Below are positions 59,839-64,000 of a stretch of 64,000 nucleotides of DNA, in pieces. The notes under the pieces are model-generated. The model ran no database searches. It saw only the letters and a program-made list of their open reading frames with translations, and was not told where the DNA came from. Both the position numbers and the translations under genes were made by a program. Each line of letters opens with the position of its first letter. Within the stretch, counting starts at the first letter, position 1. This DNA is from Octopus vulgaris (lineage: Eukaryota), in contig OX597831.1 in the NCBI GenBank assembly GCA_951406725.2, positions 45,880,001 to 45,944,000 on the forward strand, in the 5' to 3' direction.

Positions 59839-62345
59839 TTACCTCTGTAACGTTGTTGGGGCAGATTGAGATGTATTTCCATGGGCCTTGTTGAGACGCT
59901 GTCGGCGCTTTTGATGTGCAAGTGACAAAGAGGCACTTCTTATATTTATTGGAGTATCACGATTATTTGATAACTGACGAAGACTAAGGGAAGCTTGCCG
60001 AATAGAAGTGTACTGAGTCAGCTCAGATCTGCAATGTAATGTTTGTGTAATAGGTAAAACCAATGGAGCTTTAAGGATGTAGGATTTAGACCAGTGGCTA
60101 AACAAACACAGCAAATAGATGAAGGGTAGAGAGATGTACTCCATATATATCATTAGGACTGGCACAAACTATGTGTCATCTGGTTTAATACTTTAATACA
60201 CATATTTCTTCATTCCATGCAACGAATATTTTTTTTATTTATTCATTTTGAATCTGTATATAAGGAAGAATGAGTATACAAATTTTTGGGGATCAGTTAT
60301 GATTTATTCCAAAGTTACTGATAGAAATGATAGTTAGTGGTAGAAAACAGGAATAACACCACAGACGAAGTATGGCCCAATGCGTCCATGCTGCCAACAA
60401 AGCACGCGGAGTTCTGTTTTTGGCTCGACGGTCATTCGGAATGCTCACAGCAGCCATATTCCTACCGCTCTATGTCACGCTGGTGAGACCCATATTGGAC
60501 TACGGGCTTCAAGCCTCTTCTCCTTATCTCCTCAAAGACATATATCATCTCAAAAGAGTCCAGAAGCTGCTACCCGCATGGTTCTTGGTCTCAAGCATTT
60601 GACTTATGAAGGAAGGCTGAAGACGCTCGACCTTTATTCTCTCGATAAACGACGCCACCGTGGTGATCTCATTCTCGCTCACAACATCATAAGCGGAAAG
60701 TGTAACCTCTCGAAAGAGCTGTTCTTCACTCCAGCTCCAGAGCATCGGCTGCGGGGTCACTCCGAAAAGCTCTGTCTACGCCGATTTCATCTCAATTGAA
60801 GGAGAGGGGCTTTCTCCGTCCGGGTTGTGGATCCGTGGAATAAGCTGCCGGACGAGATAGTGAAGATGCCGACGACTGCTCGGTTCAAAGTCTCTCTTGA
60901 CCAGAAATGGCCTGAATTCTTTGTATGAACACTCTCCCTGTACATAACTCCATGTCCCCCTACATGGCCTTGCTTTTGCTTTTTGAGCCAAAAAAATAAA
61001 ATTATTTCAGGTTAGAAATAAGTGACAGATACCTCAGAGTACAGTGAATGTATATTTTCAATTAAATATATATTTACCCGATATCTCTGAATGAAAATAT
61101 ACAGCATAATATGTTAAGAGGTTAATGCTGATTTGGATACCAGAATTGCAGGTGCTGGCACAGTAATGTGCTAGCTCCAGCATTCGATCCATAGCAAAGG
61201 ATATGTGTAAAAAACAACTCACTATCTTCAATTCGGCTTTTGTGCCTATCCTCACCTATAGTCAAGAATGTTGGGTAACAACTGAAATATTGTTCCTCTG
61301 AAAGGTCTCTGGAGTGATGTTAATAGACAGGATGAGTAGCTCAGAGATCAGGGGGAGGTTCTCCAGCTCGAGTTGCTACTTCTCTGCACTGAGAAGTCAC
61401 AGCTCTGACACTAAAGACATTTTATTAGAATGTCACAGGAAAGAATCGCAAGACAAATTCTTTGGGCTGAGCTAACCAGCAGGATTCCTCGAGGGGTACC
61501 AAAAATGAGATGGTTGGATAATATCCATCGTCTCTGTTGGACACACTTGGGAATCCAGTTGGACAGTATAATGATGGCTGCTTCTGATAAAACCCCAAGG
61601 TATGCCTTAGGGCTACCTAGACGACCCTCCCAGGAACAGAAAGTGAAGATGGATGGAAAAATATTAGTGGATTGAATAGCTTTGGGATCTTTTCGGTTTG
61701 AACGGCAGTTTTTAACATAATTTCTAGGTAACTAAAAAATTTTAAACTTCGTATACTGGTAGAATGTGTTTATAAAACATCTTTTTCTCTTGGCTTTATT
61801 GAGAAAATTCTATAGTTTGTAAGATAGTTGTTGGTTTTTTTTTCTTCAATTTCTGCAACTTCAACCAATCACTGACGTCTATTGAGGTAAACAACATTCT
61901 GTGCTGTATGAATATGTCCCTTGTTTAAGAAACAGATTGGGTTTATTTACATTTCTGAAGAAAAATAGATACCCTTTCCCCCCACCCCTAACCCAGATTA
62001 AAAGGCAATAGATCGATACTAGGGTCATAATTATGGGTGACAATTTCATATGACACTGCTAGAAAAAACTGCCGTTCAAACCGAAAAGATCCTAGCTTTG
62101 TAAATAACAAGAGAAGCATACATTGCCATGTATTTTATATAAGATCTTTTTTATGACAACTGTTTTATCAGACAGTTGAACCAGTACATGAGTAATATGG
62201 AGATGAGCAAAGAGTCTTGTCCCACTACAAAATGCAATAATTGTGATTGGGTGTTAAACTATGAGACAAATAACTCAATATTGATCATTGTTTCTAAAAA
62301 TAAAAAAAATTAACTTACTCTGGTGTCTGACAAATTCTTTTCTCT
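59839..62345 (-). CDS. 3' part of an unidentified gene: exons 62345-62319 (27 nt), 61086-61078 (9 nt, candidate), 60028-59843 or 59839
   Basis: Strong acceptors and donors (ttctttccag|...|gtaagt; ttttcattcag|AGATATCGG|gtaaat; ttgcag|...). All three are phase 2-2 and give EKRICQTPEDIGSELTQYTSIRQASLSLRQLSNNRDTPINIRSASLSLAHQKRRQRLNKAHGNTSQSAPTTLQR. Only one frame is open in the 186-nt exon. No homolog was recognised. Confidence 0.62.
60370..61000 (+). mobile_element. CR1/Jockey-type LINE 3' fragment
   Basis: LYVTLVRPILDYG, LTYEGRLKTLDLYSLDKRRHRGDLI, LRGHSEKL and RVVDPWNKLP motifs with a frameshift; A-rich tail. Confidence 0.9.
61200..61625 (+). mobile_element. Decayed RTE LINE fragment
   Basis: RMSQERIARQILWA...RIPRGVPKMRWLD resembles the RTE ORF2 C-terminus. 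Confidence 0.65.
61685..62092. mobile_element. 408-bp MITE, 8-bp TSD tagctttg (Merlin-like by GG ends and TSD length)
   Basis: TIR ggatcttttcggtttgaacggcagttttt / aaaaactgccgttcaaaccgaaaagatcc; TSD at 61677-61684 and 62093-62100. Confidence 0.92.
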
Positions 62346-63086
62346 CTGGAAAGAAGAAAAAAAAACATTTTAGATAACTGTTAGTATATTTTTTGCATTT
62401 ATTTGCAACTTCATAAAAATATACTGATAAACCATTTGATATTTTAAAGTGAGAGAATGAAAAATCAGGACTGATTATTTATCCAGTAATATAAATTAAA
62501 TTAGTGAAATTGATTCTCACTTTTATCAAAATTACTTCCCGTTCCTAACACCTCTAGGCTATTGTTTACTTTCTCCTATTAAAAAAGAATATTTTGCATA
62601 TGCCTTTCAATTAATCCTCCCACCCCCATATATCTTATATACTAACAGTGGCCATACTACAGCTCTCAAAGCTACGATGGTCATCTCCTCATATAATGTT
62701 GAGCTTTGGTGTTATTTTATCTAAAATGCCTTTAGCAATTGACCAGGAAGCAGTGATTAATAAACACTATACTTTAGTGAGTAAAATTCTGTTGCAGTAT
62801 ATTTTCTTATTTATAGACATAATTTTAAAGATACATGTTGTGGCTCTTGAACATAAAACAAAAATCATATATGGCTCATCATATTATGAAATTTGGTCAT
62901 ATAACCAGATTGGAAAACCAATCAAATATATAATGACTGTCATCAACATCATATCATTTTCACATCCACTTTTCCGAGCTTGCATGGGCCATATGGAATA
63001 TTACAAGTTGATTCCCTTTCTGTTGCCAGCATTGCAAAGATAATGTTTTTCCATGGCTAGAACTGAATGACATAGCTTGATAGCTT

Positions 63087-63129
<43 letters not shown>

Positions 63130-63262
63130 CACACATATATATATTATTATCATCAACATCTGTTTTTATGCTAGCATAGGTTGGATGAACTGATAGGAAC
63201 TGACAAAACCAGGGGCCTGCACTGGGTTCCATAGTCTGTTTTGGTTTTTCTAAGGCTGGATG

Positions 63263-63298
<36 letters not shown>

Positions 63299-63299
63299 A

Positions 63300-63576
63300 T
63301 GTTTGTTCCTTCTCGAGCCATGCCTGACTCATAGGGCCAGTTTCCCAGTTTCCGTGGTGTATAGGTTCCCCAACTGGATGGGATGCTGGCCCGTTGCAGG
63401 TGAGCTGCAAGATGCAGGAGGAAAGAGTGAGAGAAAGTTGTGAAAGAGCCAGCAGAATTTTGCTGGAACCGCGTGGGGCTAAGGTGTTTTGCTCATAAAC
63501 ACACACACATCACCCGGTCTGAGATTCAAACTCGTGATCCCTCGACTGCTGCTCTAACCACTAGGCCATGTTCCTC

Positions 63577-63580
<4 letters not shown>
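63300..63580 (-). mobile_element. tRNA-derived SINE (related to 13796-13995)
   Basis: Head gtggaggaacatggcctagtggttagagcagc on the minus strand; tail ggctcgagaaggaacaaac. Confidence 0.8.
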
Positions 63581-63622
<42 letters not shown>

Positions 63623-64000
63623 CACCAATGGGTACGGACGCACATACACGCAAATGCTTTTCATCCACCAAGCCCATTCACAAGGCTTTGGTCAACCTGG
63701 GGCTATAACAGATGGTGCCCTCCATGATGGGATTGATCCCAGTCCCACGTGACTGATAAGCAAACGTCTTAATCACACTGACAAGCCTACGTCTATAATG
63801 CATTCATAATAATGACAACACGGAATGAGCAATCAGCTTGATTAAATTTAGAGGAAGGTGAAGTGACTCTCAGATAGAGCATTAGAATTAGATTGAATGG
63901 CTTACAGAATTTAATTCTATTCCAGTAAGTTCAAACCCAGTCTTTATATTTCTTCCTTTCTTTATAATTTATATTTCTTCCCTGCAGAGTCGTTGTAAAA

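Noticed and set aside
62536-62575. Possible extra exon(s) of the minus-strand gene (40 nt, or 6/18-nt sub-exons)
   Set aside because: The 40-nt version has a stop in the required frame, and the shorter versions have weak splice signals.

Overview
Eukaryotic, AT-rich, TE-dense genomic DNA, most likely from an octopus. The species call is inferred from the tRNA-derived SINE families and (GAT)n-tailed RTE repeats; no search was run. Protein-coding content: (1) an intronless, intact 656-aa FLYWCH-FLYWCH-MULE (Mutator-type transposase-derived) ORF on the minus strand, with decayed inverted termini; (2) the last five coding exons of dUTPase (DUT) on the plus strand, with its first coding exon apparently outside the window; (3) two divergently transcribed 4-exon RPS27 (eS27) genes that encode an identical 84-aa protein but differ greatly in intron size, promoter and UTRs; (4) the 3' end of an unidentified minus-strand gene with candidate 27-nt and 9-nt microexons. 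The 14.6-kb spacer between the RPS27 twins holds five hammerhead-ribozyme-like motifs from Penelope-like elements, including an inverted pair, and a perfect-TSD palindromic MITE dimer. The strongest leads are the RPS27 twin system (exon-2 gene conversion and parallel candidate stop-containing poison splice sites in intron 1), the possibly domesticating Mutator gene nested antisense to DUT, the ribozyme cluster and the microexons. Repeat boundaries are approximate; exon boundaries were counted by hand from splice signals.
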